DNA of 64,000 nt from Octopus sinensis. Lineage: Eukaryota. Of this stretch, positions 53,119 through 64,000 are shown piece after piece. Both the position numbers and the translations under genes were made by a program. Where the stretch lies: assembly GCF_006345805.1 (NCBI RefSeq), contig NC_043006.1:56172001-56236000 (forward strand), read 5' to 3'. The notes under the pieces are model-generated. The model was not told where the DNA came from and ran no database searches. It was given only the letters and a program-made list of their open reading frames with translations. Position 1 is the first letter of the stretch, and each line of letters starts with the position of its first letter.

Positions 53119-53546
53119 ATAACGAAATTTAAATTTTCTAAAGGTTAGTTGCCCGTTTTCAGTTTCAATTTTCCTGTAACAAGCGGATTATAAGTGGATA
53201 AAACAGTGTATTTGGCTTTAGAATAACCCTCTTTAGCCCTTAATTATATGATGTATATTGCAACCGTAACGGTTTTTTTAAATATACTGCCACGCTTCCT
53301 GATGAATTCCTTTGCTGTAGAGTAAGGGACTTCATCCTATATTGCTTAGTAGTAAACTCGATGCTTGCTACAGGAGGACTGGTAACCATTACAATTTGTA
53401 GCGGCGAAAGGTCTGGACGTTGTTTTCTGGCTGACCAAAGAATTTTTTATTTTAGATATAAGTGATGTACTCAAGTGTAGTTATGTTTTTAGCTTGTGCT
53501 TTTTCCATGATCATACGTGAGTATTTTATTTATATCCCATCGAAAG

Positions 53547-53609
53547 TTCTACTGAAGAAGGAATATATCTTTTTTATAAGATTAAGTCCGAAATTGATTC
53601 AATATAGAG
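53547..53609 (+). ncRNA. Type I hammerhead ribozyme, unit 4
   Basis: Same motif; predicted cleavage after 53604. Confidence 0.75.
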
Positions 53610-53740
53610 ATAACGAAATTTAAATTTTCTAAAGGTTAGTTGCCCGTTTTCAGTTTCAATTTTCCTGTAACAAGCGGATTATAAGGGATTTTAAAACAGT
53701 GTATTTGGCTTTAGAATAACCTCTTTAGCCCTTAATTATA

Positions 53741-53770
<30 letters not shown>

Positions 53771-53777
<7 letters not shown>

Positions 53778-54895
53778 GCGGTGTTCCACAAGGCACTGTT
53801 TTGGGACCACTACTGTTCATAATGGCCCTCTCAGACATGCCCTCAGCTACGCAGAGAGCCACGATCACAAGTTATGCAGATGATACAAAAGTTTCACAGG
53901 CAATACAGAACCCCGAAGACACTATGCACCTGCAATGTGAGCTGGACAAAATATACAAGCGGGCTGAAAAGAATAGCATGCAGTTCAATGCTGAAAAGTT
54001 TCAAGCTTTATGCTATCAGCATGCAAAGCTAAATGCAACACCCAATAAATGCACTAGACCTGGAGGGATTGCAATCCCAGAGGCACAATCAGTGCGAGAC
54101 CTGGGTATTTACATGAGTGATGATGCAACATTCATGTGCATTTTGCTAAATTGGCAATGAAATGTAGGCGGCTGACCGAATGGATTCTTAGAACCTTTAG
54201 AACAAGAGACCAGGAAACCATGATTGTCTTCTGGAGGACACTTGTCCTAAGCCACTTTCCTTATTGCTCTCAGATATGGTCACCATCCAGTGTCAAGTTA
54301 ATCACAGAACTTGAGGCGATCCAACGAAGCTACACGATGAAGATAGCCTCTGTGCAGCATATAAGCTACTGGGAAAGACTCAAGAGATTAAGACTCTATT
54401 CCTTAGAGCGTAGGCGAGAAAGATATGCCATAATATACATCTGGAAGATCCTAGAAGGACTTGTCCCAAACTTTGGCATCGAGAGTTACACAAATACTAG
54501 AACTGGGCGCCACTGCATAGTGCCAGGGACTCCAAATTTGCCATCAAGATGTAGGACAAGATACTGTGATAGCCTGGGCTTCAGAGGCCCACAGCTCTTC
54601 AATATCCTCCCGAAGAACCTGAGAGACCTGCATGGGGTGGATGCAGATGTTTTAAAATAAAACTGGATCTCTTCTTGTCAGGTGTCCCAGATGAACCAAC
54701 TTCACAGCAGGAGGTGCAGATGAGGGCAGCTGCATCGAACTCTCTCATGCACCAAATGGCAATTGCTAAAAAACATTCGTGAAGTAAAATCATGTAGCAA
54801 CACCAAATAGCGGTGCCCCCGCATGGCCACAGCTCGTGAGCTGAAACTAGATAAAATAAAAATAAAATAAAATAAAATAAATAAATAAAAATAAA
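53771..54895 (+). mobile_element. CR1/L2-group LINE, 3' part (C-terminal RT, 3' UTR, (TAAAA)n tail)
   Basis: Resumes at SGVPQGTVLGPLLF..SYADDTK..QFNAEKFQ..VRDLG, then SYWERLKRLRLYSLERRRER. Ends with GCGGTGCCCCCGCATGGCCACAGCTCGTGAGCTGAAACTAG plus (TAAAA)n. Confidence 0.9.
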
Positions 54896-55517
54896 TATCA
54901 GTTACTGAATGGAGTATGGGAAATCCGGGCTACATATGTTTCATAGTGAGTGGAACCTCAGAAGTGGCAAAAAGTATATACCACCGGCTACTCTTCAGGC
55001 CAAGGATATCTTGATTTGATTAAACGCTACATTGTCGCAAGGAGGTACATATATAAGCATATATTTTCGCATGAGGTACTGTCTTTCATGTTTTTCAGGG
55101 GCATGGAGCATAGTTTAATTTCATCACCTGTTTCTTGAGTCTTTTGTAGAGTCTATTTTGTTGCCAGCTTTCCAGTTAAGCCCGCGTTCTAAGCATATTT
55201 TCTTTAGATTTTCAGTGATGGATGTCCTAAAAAGTTATGATTGCTACTATGCCTTTTTTCACTGAGCAATATAAAATATTCTTCAACACTGATAACTTAA
55301 TTTGTATATAAAATGCAGCTTATGGCGAATGAATATTTCTTGTATATGTATTTAAACGTAACAACGCAGCAGTATCAGTGCATGTATTTAGTTCAATGCT
55401 GGTATGACAAGAACTCCAAACTTGGTATATGTGTATACGAAATAAAGATCGTTATCTTTTCTCTATAATTCAGAACCAACATGCCTGTGTTCAATAAATA
55501 ATTGCTTTTCTCATCAG

Positions 55518-55704
55518 ATGCTGTATAATTCTATTTATAAGGGAAACCATAATCCGGACAAAAGTCTCCAAGCTATATGGTGTATGCTTATTAATGTTGC
55601 TATGGAACATGTATACTTGTCATTTAACGGAATGACAAAGCGATTGATTTGTGTAGGGGAATATAGATATGATGAGAGTGTTCCTTTTCATCTCCTTTAT
55701 GTTG
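55518..55704 (+). other. Candidate coding exon (187 nt), product unknown
   Basis: Acceptor TTGCTTTTCTCATCAG|, 62 open codons (MLYNSIYKGNHNPDK..PFHLLYV) and donor G|GTAACT. No homology recognised. Confidence 0.25.
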
Positions 55705-55920
55705 GTAACTTTATTTTCTTTTAGCGTTTCTTGGTGTGCAACTTCAAATTACTTTTGGTTCCATTGAAAGAAACTTTTTATTTGCTTGACCATATATATT
55801 TATATTTCTCAATTTATCTTTATATCTTGCTCCACCTTAATTCCCCATCGTTCACACACAAACACACACAAAACACACACACAACACACACATATATATA
55901 TGTATATATATATATATAAT

Positions 55921-55954
<34 letters not shown>

Positions 55955-56109
55955 TATGTAGGTGTGTATATATCTATGTATGCATATGTATTCATGAATA
56001 TATGTATGTATATATGGATATATATATATATATATATTAATCTATCTATCTATTTTCTATCCATCCATCTATCTACCTAATAAATAAATAAATAATAATA
56101 TATATACTT

Positions 56110-56154
<45 letters not shown>

Positions 56155-56295
56155 CTTATATATATATATATATATACATACATACACACACACATTATAT
56201 ATATATGTATATACATACATATATTTATATATATTTATATATTACACACACATATGTATATATATATATACTTGTATGTGTGTGTGTGTGTGTGT

Positions 56296-56327
<32 letters not shown>

Positions 56328-56813
56328 TTGAATGCGTGTTATTAAATTTACTGGGCGGTTCAGAACCTCGCAGCGAGTAGAGTTTTCATCCCAGTAGGGA
56401 ACTTTAGAACCGACTAAACAATGAGGAAACTAAAGAAACTACAAATAAATCGGTGGTAAGGTAGGAGGTTCTGCAATTGTGGCCGCTGGTGGGAGTTAGC
56501 TTATTTTAAGCTTAATATTGTTTTGTTAGACATATTTATTAATTTTTGTGTACGTAATTTCCCGTAGAGAATATGAGCGTTTCATTGTCCTGTATAGTTA
56601 TAGTTTTATTTAAGTATGTGCCTGTTTGCGTATGCTTGTTTATAGACGAGGTCGGTTTGCGGTGAACAGTGAACAAACTATATAAAGAACTATCTTAGAA
56701 ACGAAGTTTAAAAGAATTTCTTTGTAGCGGTGTCAGTGTTCCTGAATGTGTATATGCGTCTGCTTGTAGGTGAGCATGTGGGTGAATGTGGTGTGTGTGT
56801 GTGTGTGTGTGTA

Positions 56814-56868
<55 letters not shown>

Positions 56869-57861
56869 GCGTTTGTGTGTGTGTGTGCGTGCTTCAGGGA
56901 TAGGGAATTAAAAATTGGAAAAGAAATGGAAATTGAATAGATAAAAAGAATATTAGGAAAGATATATTTGTCTATGAAGTCACATGTCAGTTAGCAGTAG
57001 AACTTATTGCTAGTAGAGCGTGGGTGTATTTTAATGAAGTTGTGGGCGTTTGGGGTGCATAATCTCTGTAGAATATTTGAAACTGGAGTAGTTTTCAAAG
57101 GCCAATGTATGTGGTGTGTATTTGGGCTACGTAGATGGAACTAATGAGATGTATTTCTTGTAGAAGGCTGCAAATTTTAGTTTTGATAATTGATTGGTGT
57201 ACGAGATGGGGAGATAATGGACGGGTAAAAGACTGGGAGATCTTATGCATGTAAGCGATGGTCTCTGTAGTATTACTACACGGCAGTTTTTAAATACTAC
57301 TTAGTGTGCGCGTACTACAAAAGCGTCGTAACACTGCGGTATTCGTCCGGAGAAAACTCCTCTATAGGAGTTTAATACACAAACGCATCGAGACACCGTT
57401 GGCTGACAGCAATTGTTCCGCACCGGTCGTGGAACTGCTGTATCACGTGAATTCGGCATATTTTGCGCCTCATTATCACTGCTAGCTGAATCTTCTCTCC
57501 ACCGATATATTGAAAAACAGTGAGCATCCAGTCAACGGTGTTGCTCATAGCAAGCAAGCCGGGATATTAGCGATAGAGGCAGTATTGTCTTAAATCCAAC
57601 TTAATGTGGCTGGATGCAATATAAGAATACTGCAATACTGCGATATTCCTTTTGAATAACTTCTATGTATAGAAGATTAATGCATAAAAGCATAAATTTC
57701 TCCCGCACCGGTCATAGAACTGTTGTATCACGTGTTTTTGGTGTGTTTTGTGCCACACTATATTAAGTAGTATTTAGAGACTGTCATTATAGGAAGTGGT
57801 TTTATATTTGAAAGTATGCAAATACTGAACAGTGTATTTGTTGCGGTGGTTATATGTTTAT

Positions 57862-58152
57862 AGTTCTATATTTAAGAGATAGTTAGTTCTATATTTAAGA
57901 GATGAGGAATTATGTACATTATTTACATTATTATTCAGGTCACTGGAATCGAACTCGGAATCTTGGGGTTAGTAGCCCGCGCTCTTAACCATTATGCCAT
58001 ATGCCCGTGGGCAATTATGGAGTAAACCTTAGGGCTTATAAATATAATATTTTTCTATCCTCTCTTAATACCAGTTCTCATATGCTGCTCATATCTGCAC
58101 GCGGTTTGCTTAGGAGGTTGTTGTGTCCAAGCATATGTGCTACTTCTTTTAG
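57862..58152 (-). mobile_element. PLE 3' end: EN C-terminal stub, tRNA-like segment, (AAT)n and pLTR tail
   Basis: LKEVAHMLGHNNLLSKPRADMSSI* then A box TGGCATAATGG and B box GAGTTCGATTCC (57938-58006). The tail is similar to 7031-7080. Confidence 0.5.
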
Positions 58153-59714
58153 TTTTCGTATACATATATGTATGTATGTACCTATGTATGTATGTATACT
58201 TACACTAATGAATACATACATGCATGTATACATGAGTATTTGTTGGTATACACGTTGTATACAAGCCTTTTTACATACTCTTTCCCGCCCAGCCGTCTAT
58301 ATCAGATATTATACCTGCCTTATCATTTTTCCTGTAATTCCCACTTTTTATAGACTTTGTGCTTTTCCTCTTACTTGTACCTGTTTTATTTTCCTCGCCT
58401 ATTACAACGTATTATTTACTGATGTTGCCATTTTTTTCACTTTCCACGCGTGCCTCTCACCTTAACTACATTCCCATCCACTCATCTCCATTCAAACCTA
58501 GCCAAACACCTGCATCCCACATTATTCAGAAACCCACACCACATTCTCACCCGGTCCCTGCCACTTTGATATTATTTATAGCTCTATTCGAGTTACACCG
58601 ATGAAAAATAATCATATCACGTTCTCTCGAATTTCTAATTTATTATGTCGTACACAAATTTCAACTCTCTCTGTTAAAAATTGCTTTGGTCCAATGGTAT
58701 AACGTCTGTCATCGTTACTGACAGGGTGGGTTTAAGTTCCACGGCGAACCCTCAACTTATTCTATCAAATGGTTTGCTTTTTCTTTACCCAATATTTGTA
58801 CGCTATTATTTAATGCTTTATCTTCTTTGCATTCTACTGATAAAAGCGAATTATTTTACGTTCTCTCGAAGTTTCTAAATTCTTATGACGTACACAACAT
58901 ACACACACACATACATATATATGCTTAACAAACGTAATTTACATAGGGGCACATGGTGTGCTATATTTCTCTGTGCATAACAAGTCGAAATGTTTATTCA
59001 GTCAAATTATTCCTAATGGCACTGTTTCAATTATTTTATACCGAGATGATTTATGAGGAAAAACATTTTAGATTCCATATTTCAGTTTTGTTTCTTATAT
59101 CCAAAAATGCATTGTTTGGTTCATCATTGTTTAATTAAGAAATTACGATGAAATTTGGATCGCTAATTTCAGGCAAAATTGCGCAAAAACTTGAAGGCGC
59201 CCACGCTGATTTTTATCTTTCCCTCTGTTGGCTTGTGGACTCCTCGTCGCTTAGCTATTTATGCTGATGGAATAAAACCGCTCCAAATTGTAGTGTAATG
59301 ACAGATTGATATTAAACGGCTTCAAAGTCAAAAGTCAGTAAATAATAAACTCAATAATAAATAGGTTGAGAGACCATTCTTCCAATTTTTTTAATATCAT
59401 TCTTCATTATTTCTTCAAAGATTCAATATGTGAGACCTTGTACAAGAGTGCAATAAGTTGATTGTTCGTGAATAGTGAATAATTTAACTCTTTTGGCACG
59501 TCTATGAATCGAGGAGACAGTAAAACTATTCTGGCATTGATTTAAGCGAATGAAATATCAATTATGAGGGAAATTAAATTATAGCTATCTGGGATTGATT
59601 TGTTACCATTCTTAAAGACTGGAATCAATCAAGGTAAGAAATTTTATATGTTATATATATATATATATAATATATATATATATATATTCATTCATACAAA
59701 TGTGGATGTATATA

Positions 59715-59747
<33 letters not shown>

Positions 59748-59885
59748 ATAATATATATATATATATATGCAGTAACCGTGCCAGTTGTTTCGTTTCACTG
59801 TTAATGAGAACAGCACGCCTTTCAAGTGACCAAATTATTTGCAAGATCGCAGACAGACAGACAAACACACACACACACACGCACA

Positions 59886-59931
<46 letters not shown>

Positions 59932-60231
59932 CACACACGCGCGCGTAACAGATATATTCTCATATGGTTCCTGAAGTACTGTTGGCGTATTCCACGCTCG
60001 TTTCTTCTGAAAGATGTGACGCAGATACACAAGGATCGAGCTCAGTACAAAACTGGTCCTTAATTAATCCTGAAACAATGAAATGTAAAGTTGGCTTCAG
60101 GGAGATTGTAACTCAGTGAGTAGAGATCTGCAGTGAATATTGCAAAGCAATCTATCCGACGCTCGGCTAACAGGCTGCATTTTAGATTACAAATATGAAA
60201 ACTTTATTTACAAATACATACATATATACAC

Positions 60232-60286
<55 letters not shown>

Positions 60287-60605
60287 CATATATGCATTGG
60301 TACTCATGCTGTGTTGTAATTCTAGGTCTGGCAAAATCGTCAGCACTAGTGGCAAGATGTTTAGCGGCATTTCGCCCACCCTTACATTCTGAGTTCAAAT
60401 GCCACTGAAGTCGATTTTACCTTACATCCCTTCTGAGATCGATGTAATCGACTTATCCTCTCCTTTCAATTGTTGGCCTTGTACCAAAATTTGAAACTCT
60501 TATATACGCGGAAATAAACGTGCATGCGGAGAGTATTTAGAGATGTATTGTCGCAAGACTTGGTTTATGTTTCCTTGTTTCATCTTACCTTAAAATTTAT
60601 GTCGA

Positions 60606-60766
60606 GTGGCTCTGTGGTAAGTAGCTTGCTTACGAACCGCATGGTTCCGGGTTCAGTCCCACTGCGTGGCCCTTGGGCAAGTGTCTTCTATTATAGCCTC
60701 GGGCCGACCAAAGCCTTGTGAGTGGATTTGGTAGACGGAAACTGAAAGAATCCCGTCGTTATAATA

Positions 60767-60827
<61 letters not shown>

Positions 60828-61040
60828 GTGGTGGGTGTATGTGCGTGTGTATATGTTTGTGCGTCTGTGTTTGTCCCCCCAACATCGCTTGACAACCGTA
60901 CTTAGCCATTCGGCAAAAGAACCGATAGAATAAATACTAGGCTTACAAAGAATAAGTCCTGGGGTCGATTTGCTCGACTAAAAAGGTGGTGCTCCAGCAT
61001 GGCCACAGTCAAATGACTGAAACAAGAAAAAAAAAGAGTA
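60606..61040 (+). mobile_element. SINE family B, full length
   Basis: Head TGGCTCTGTGGTAAGTAGC..GGTTCCGGGTTCAGTCCC, internal (TA)n, tail CAGTCAAATGACTG. Confidence 0.85.
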
Positions 61041-61392
61041 TACAAATCACCCTTCTTTAATCTCTGCAACATTCATCTCGTTCATTCATTCCACCCACGC
61101 GTACACTTTACTGTTCTTCCTTGTTACTCCCTCACTTAATCATACTTCTTTGCTACTTTCTTTACTTCCTTTACCTCAGATTCTGACTTGACAATAATGA
61201 CGAGAATCGTTCCCTTTTCCCCCCATTTCCTACCTTTTTCTTATTTATTATTTGTTACCTTATTTGTTACGTACGCATTTTGCTTTGTTTTATTTTCTGG
61301 CATTTCTTCCAACACATATAATCATGCGCTCACATGCATACTCACAGAAACACAAACGCGCACACACACATGCACGCACATACACGCACACA

Positions 61393-61427
<35 letters not shown>

Positions 61428-61459
61428 TTATATACACAAACGTTTATTGTATGTGTGTT

Positions 61460-61504
<45 letters not shown>

Positions 61505-61560
61505 TATATATATATAGGTATTAGGGAGAAGTTGGTGTGTGAAAGCACGTGGTTTAATTA

Positions 61561-62462
61561 TAGAAAATAGTAAAAAGTGAAAAAACTACAGAAGGCTTGT
61601 TTTAAAAGGTTAAAAAACATATTTGAGTCATTATGTCATAAGAATGTTATAAAATTTTTTCATACAGTGACATAGTTTTTGAAGAAATTACCGGTTTCGT
61701 GTTAACTTTTCAATTTCTCAAAACATCGTGTTATGTCTTCGTTATGAAGTGTAAAGAAGAGTTCCAGGTAAGGGGAGGTAATAAGTGGTTTCTTCCGGTG
61801 TAAGGGAGATAATCGCTTTATATTTCTTGCCTCTTTTACTTAATGGGGTGAGTTTCTCTGTATAAGAATGTTAGAGTGGTTTGGGCTTATATTTTTCAAT
61901 GAAGAATGTTTCCTTGTTTAGTCTAATTTGTGTTGGTGTTCCAATAGCGCATTGATAAAATGGAAAGATTAAAAATTGTGGTAGTAGTTGCTTTGCGCAT
62001 TTCTCAATATGTTCACTAAAGGGTATCATTCTGTATTCTGGGAATGCAATCTGTTGTCGATGCAGTGTGCATCTACGTCTGAGTGATAGTCCCGTGGACC
62101 CCAGTTAGTTTTGGTGGCAGCCCGAGCATCTTATGACATAAATTATGTTTTCAGAAGCAGAAGTAAAATTAGATTTGATCTTGAATTTTTGTCCCTCTTT
62201 GAAGAGGAATTCTGATCCTTCTAGAAGGTTTGGGCATGTTGCGTAGTTTGGTCTACCACATTTTTCTTTACACTTCATAACGAAGACATAACACGATGTT
62301 TTGAGAAATTTGAAAAGTTAACACGAAACCGCTAATTTCTTCAAAAACTATGTCACTGTATGAAAAAATTTTATAACATTCTACTGACATAATGACTCAA
62401 ATATATTTTTTAACCTTTTAAAACAAGCCTTCTGCAGTTTTTTCACTTTTTACTATTTTCTC
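61561..62462 (-). mobile_element. 5'-truncated Neptune/Naiad-type PLE with an inverted pLTR (~195-bp inverted repeats)
   Basis: 61561-61755 is the inverse of ~62265-62462. The interior translates on the minus strand as KCGRPNYATCPNLLEGSEF..NIIYVIRCSGCHQN*LGSTGLSLRRRCTLHRQQI..FPFYQC..KETFFIEKYKP; same family as 28900-29573. Confidence 0.8.
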
Positions 62463-62650
62463 TCTCTCTCTCTATATATATATATATACATATATATCTG
62501 TATTTATACATATATATATATGTGTGTGTGTGTGTAGATACATATATATGTATAATTATATCTAATATATATACATATACATATATACATATATATATAT
62601 AAATATATATACATATGTTAATATTTCTATCTATCTATATATCTGTCTGT

Positions 62651-62687
<37 letters not shown>

Positions 62688-63720
62688 AATATATATATAT
62701 ATATATGCAGGTATATATCTATGTAATTTATATATAATATAAATATGTATGAATATAAATATTTAATTATAAATATTTATAAATATATAGGTGTGTGTGT
62801 GTGTGTGTCTAAATGCATGTCTATACCATTAGGCATGGCTTCTGTGATATCTATTCTATTAAGCTATTTATATAATGATTCTTTTCGCTGTATCGCATCA
62901 ATTTCTATAATAGATAGGATTGCTTAGCTTGAACTTGAGGGCATTTATATTAATAGATATTAACATTTAAGTGTCATATCTATAAAATGCAAGACGTAAA
63001 ATTATTTTCGTCATTCATTTCATATTCGATAATATAATACCTTTGTGTATCTCATGCTCATTGTCTATATTTGTGCTTTGTGATATGAGTGAGTTCGTTT
63101 GTCTATCTATGTATGTGTGTGATCGTGCATAAGTGTTGGTCGTGTCTGTGTATACGATTTATTTTCGTTGACTGTGTGTGGGATGATAAGCGAAATGGCG
63201 CAGTAGTAAGAGCCTCGTACTATATTCTCTCCGGTATTCGTTTTGATTCTTTGGGTCCCAAGTTCAAATATCACAAAGGACAGCTTTGCTTTTCCAGCCA
63301 AATACCTAAGTCAAATCTCATCATCTCTCCTGGAATTCGTTACATTGCTCTGTTACAATGATTGTAGGGTACAATTCACTTTTGTTTTGCAGAAATGTAC
63401 AAGCGTTGAGGCAGACGCCAACAGCCACTTATTATAAAAAATCAAATATTTATCCCCACCTAAACGTGGATGTACTATTAGAACAAACTTTACTGTAGAT
63501 ACCATGAGAGAAGCTCTAATACTGGCTTTTTGGTGCAAAATGAGCTTTTTAACAAGAAAAGCATGTCACTGGAACATTTGAAAGATGGACCAATATGTAC
63601 AAGAAGTGATAATAAAGAAGTTGCATGATGATTTCGTATTTGAGTATTTTCTGCTTTATTCGTTTCTTGTGTGTGTCTGTATGTGTGTGTATATGTATGT
63701 GAGAGTGTGTGTGTATGTGT

Positions 63721-63900
63721 TCCCCAGCTGGATGGGACGCCAGTCCATCGCAGCGTTACTCATTTTTTGCCAGCTGAGTGGACTGGAGCAACGTGAAAGT
63801 GTTTTGCTCAAGAACACAACGCGTCACCCGGTCCAGGAATCGAAACCACAATCTTACGATTATGATGCTGACACCCTAACCACTAAGCCACGCGCATCCA
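63721..63900 (-). mobile_element. tRNA/CORE-type SINE
   Basis: Head TGGATGCGCGTGGCTTAGTGGTTAGGGTG..GGTTTCGATTCC, CORE-like TTGAGCAAAACACTT..CCACTCAGCTG, then CTGCGATGGACTGGCGTCCCATCCAG. Confidence 0.75.
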
Positions 63901-64000
63901 TATATGTGTATAGTATACCACAATATTTCTATAATGTTCTTCTTTGTAGTTTGGCAGTTTCTGTACTTGTAGCACTTAGTATTTTGCTTTTACTATCTCG

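Larger units (their letters stand above)
51871..53743 (+). repeat. ~492-bp tandem array (about 3.8 units), non-coding, one hammerhead per unit; retrozyme/pLTR-like
   Basis: TGCTACAGGA recurs at 51891, 52381, 52874 and 53366. Units differ mostly by 1-bp indels. Flanked by (TA)n on both sides, with an 18-bp 5' inversion. Confidence 0.9.

Noticed and set aside
37375-53770. Autonomous giant element (Polinton, Helitron or Terminon) as the 16-kb insert
   Set aside because: No polymerase, Rep-helicase, integrase or intact RT coding sequence and no TIRs are visible inside it.
56340-57330. PLE RT remnant on the minus strand
   Set aside because: One FTVHRKPT-like motif but no further alignable blocks; unsupported without a profile search.
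57938-58006. Functional tRNA gene
   Set aside because: A and B boxes are present, but the acceptor and anticodon stems do not pair fully; treated as a tRNA-like TE segment.
59583-59632. Small plus-strand exon ending CAAG|GTAAGA
   Set aside because: The donor is good but the acceptor lacks a polypyrimidine tract; expected by chance.
61700-61760. Hammerhead in the pLTR of the 61.5-kb PLE
   Set aside because: The core reads ATAACGA rather than CTGANGA in both arms, and there is no stem III.

Overview
AT-rich eukaryotic DNA saturated with repeats and microsatellites, most likely from a coleoid cephalopod such as Octopus. The host is inferred from the tRNA-SINE families and the density of (TA)n/(TATG)n/(TATC)n tracts. 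I cannot confidently identify any host protein-coding gene, rRNA, functional tRNA or CRISPR array. Most entries in the ORF track (YIYI.., MYVC.., HTHT.., SIYL..) are read-throughs of microsatellites. The window contains many Penelope-like element (PLE) fragments with GIY-YIG domains, pseudo-LTRs (pLTRs), hammerhead-like motifs and fold-back inversions. It also contains a CR1/L2-type LINE split in two, RTE and Ty3/Gypsy remnants, a Chapaev3-like transposon, a Tc1-type transposon with DD36E spacing, two non-autonomous Helitrons, TTAA-flanked MITEs and several SINE families. Three structures stand out. (1) A near-identical ~492-bp non-coding tandem array at 51871-53743 in which every unit carries a well-formed type I hammerhead ribozyme, a retrozyme/circRNA candidate. 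(2) A 16.4-kb block bounded by (TA)n that splits the LINE reverse transcriptase and is flanked by an exact 20-bp duplication. (3) A SINE-LINE pair whose 3' hairpins covary. All assignments come from manual reading and translation; no database searches were run.
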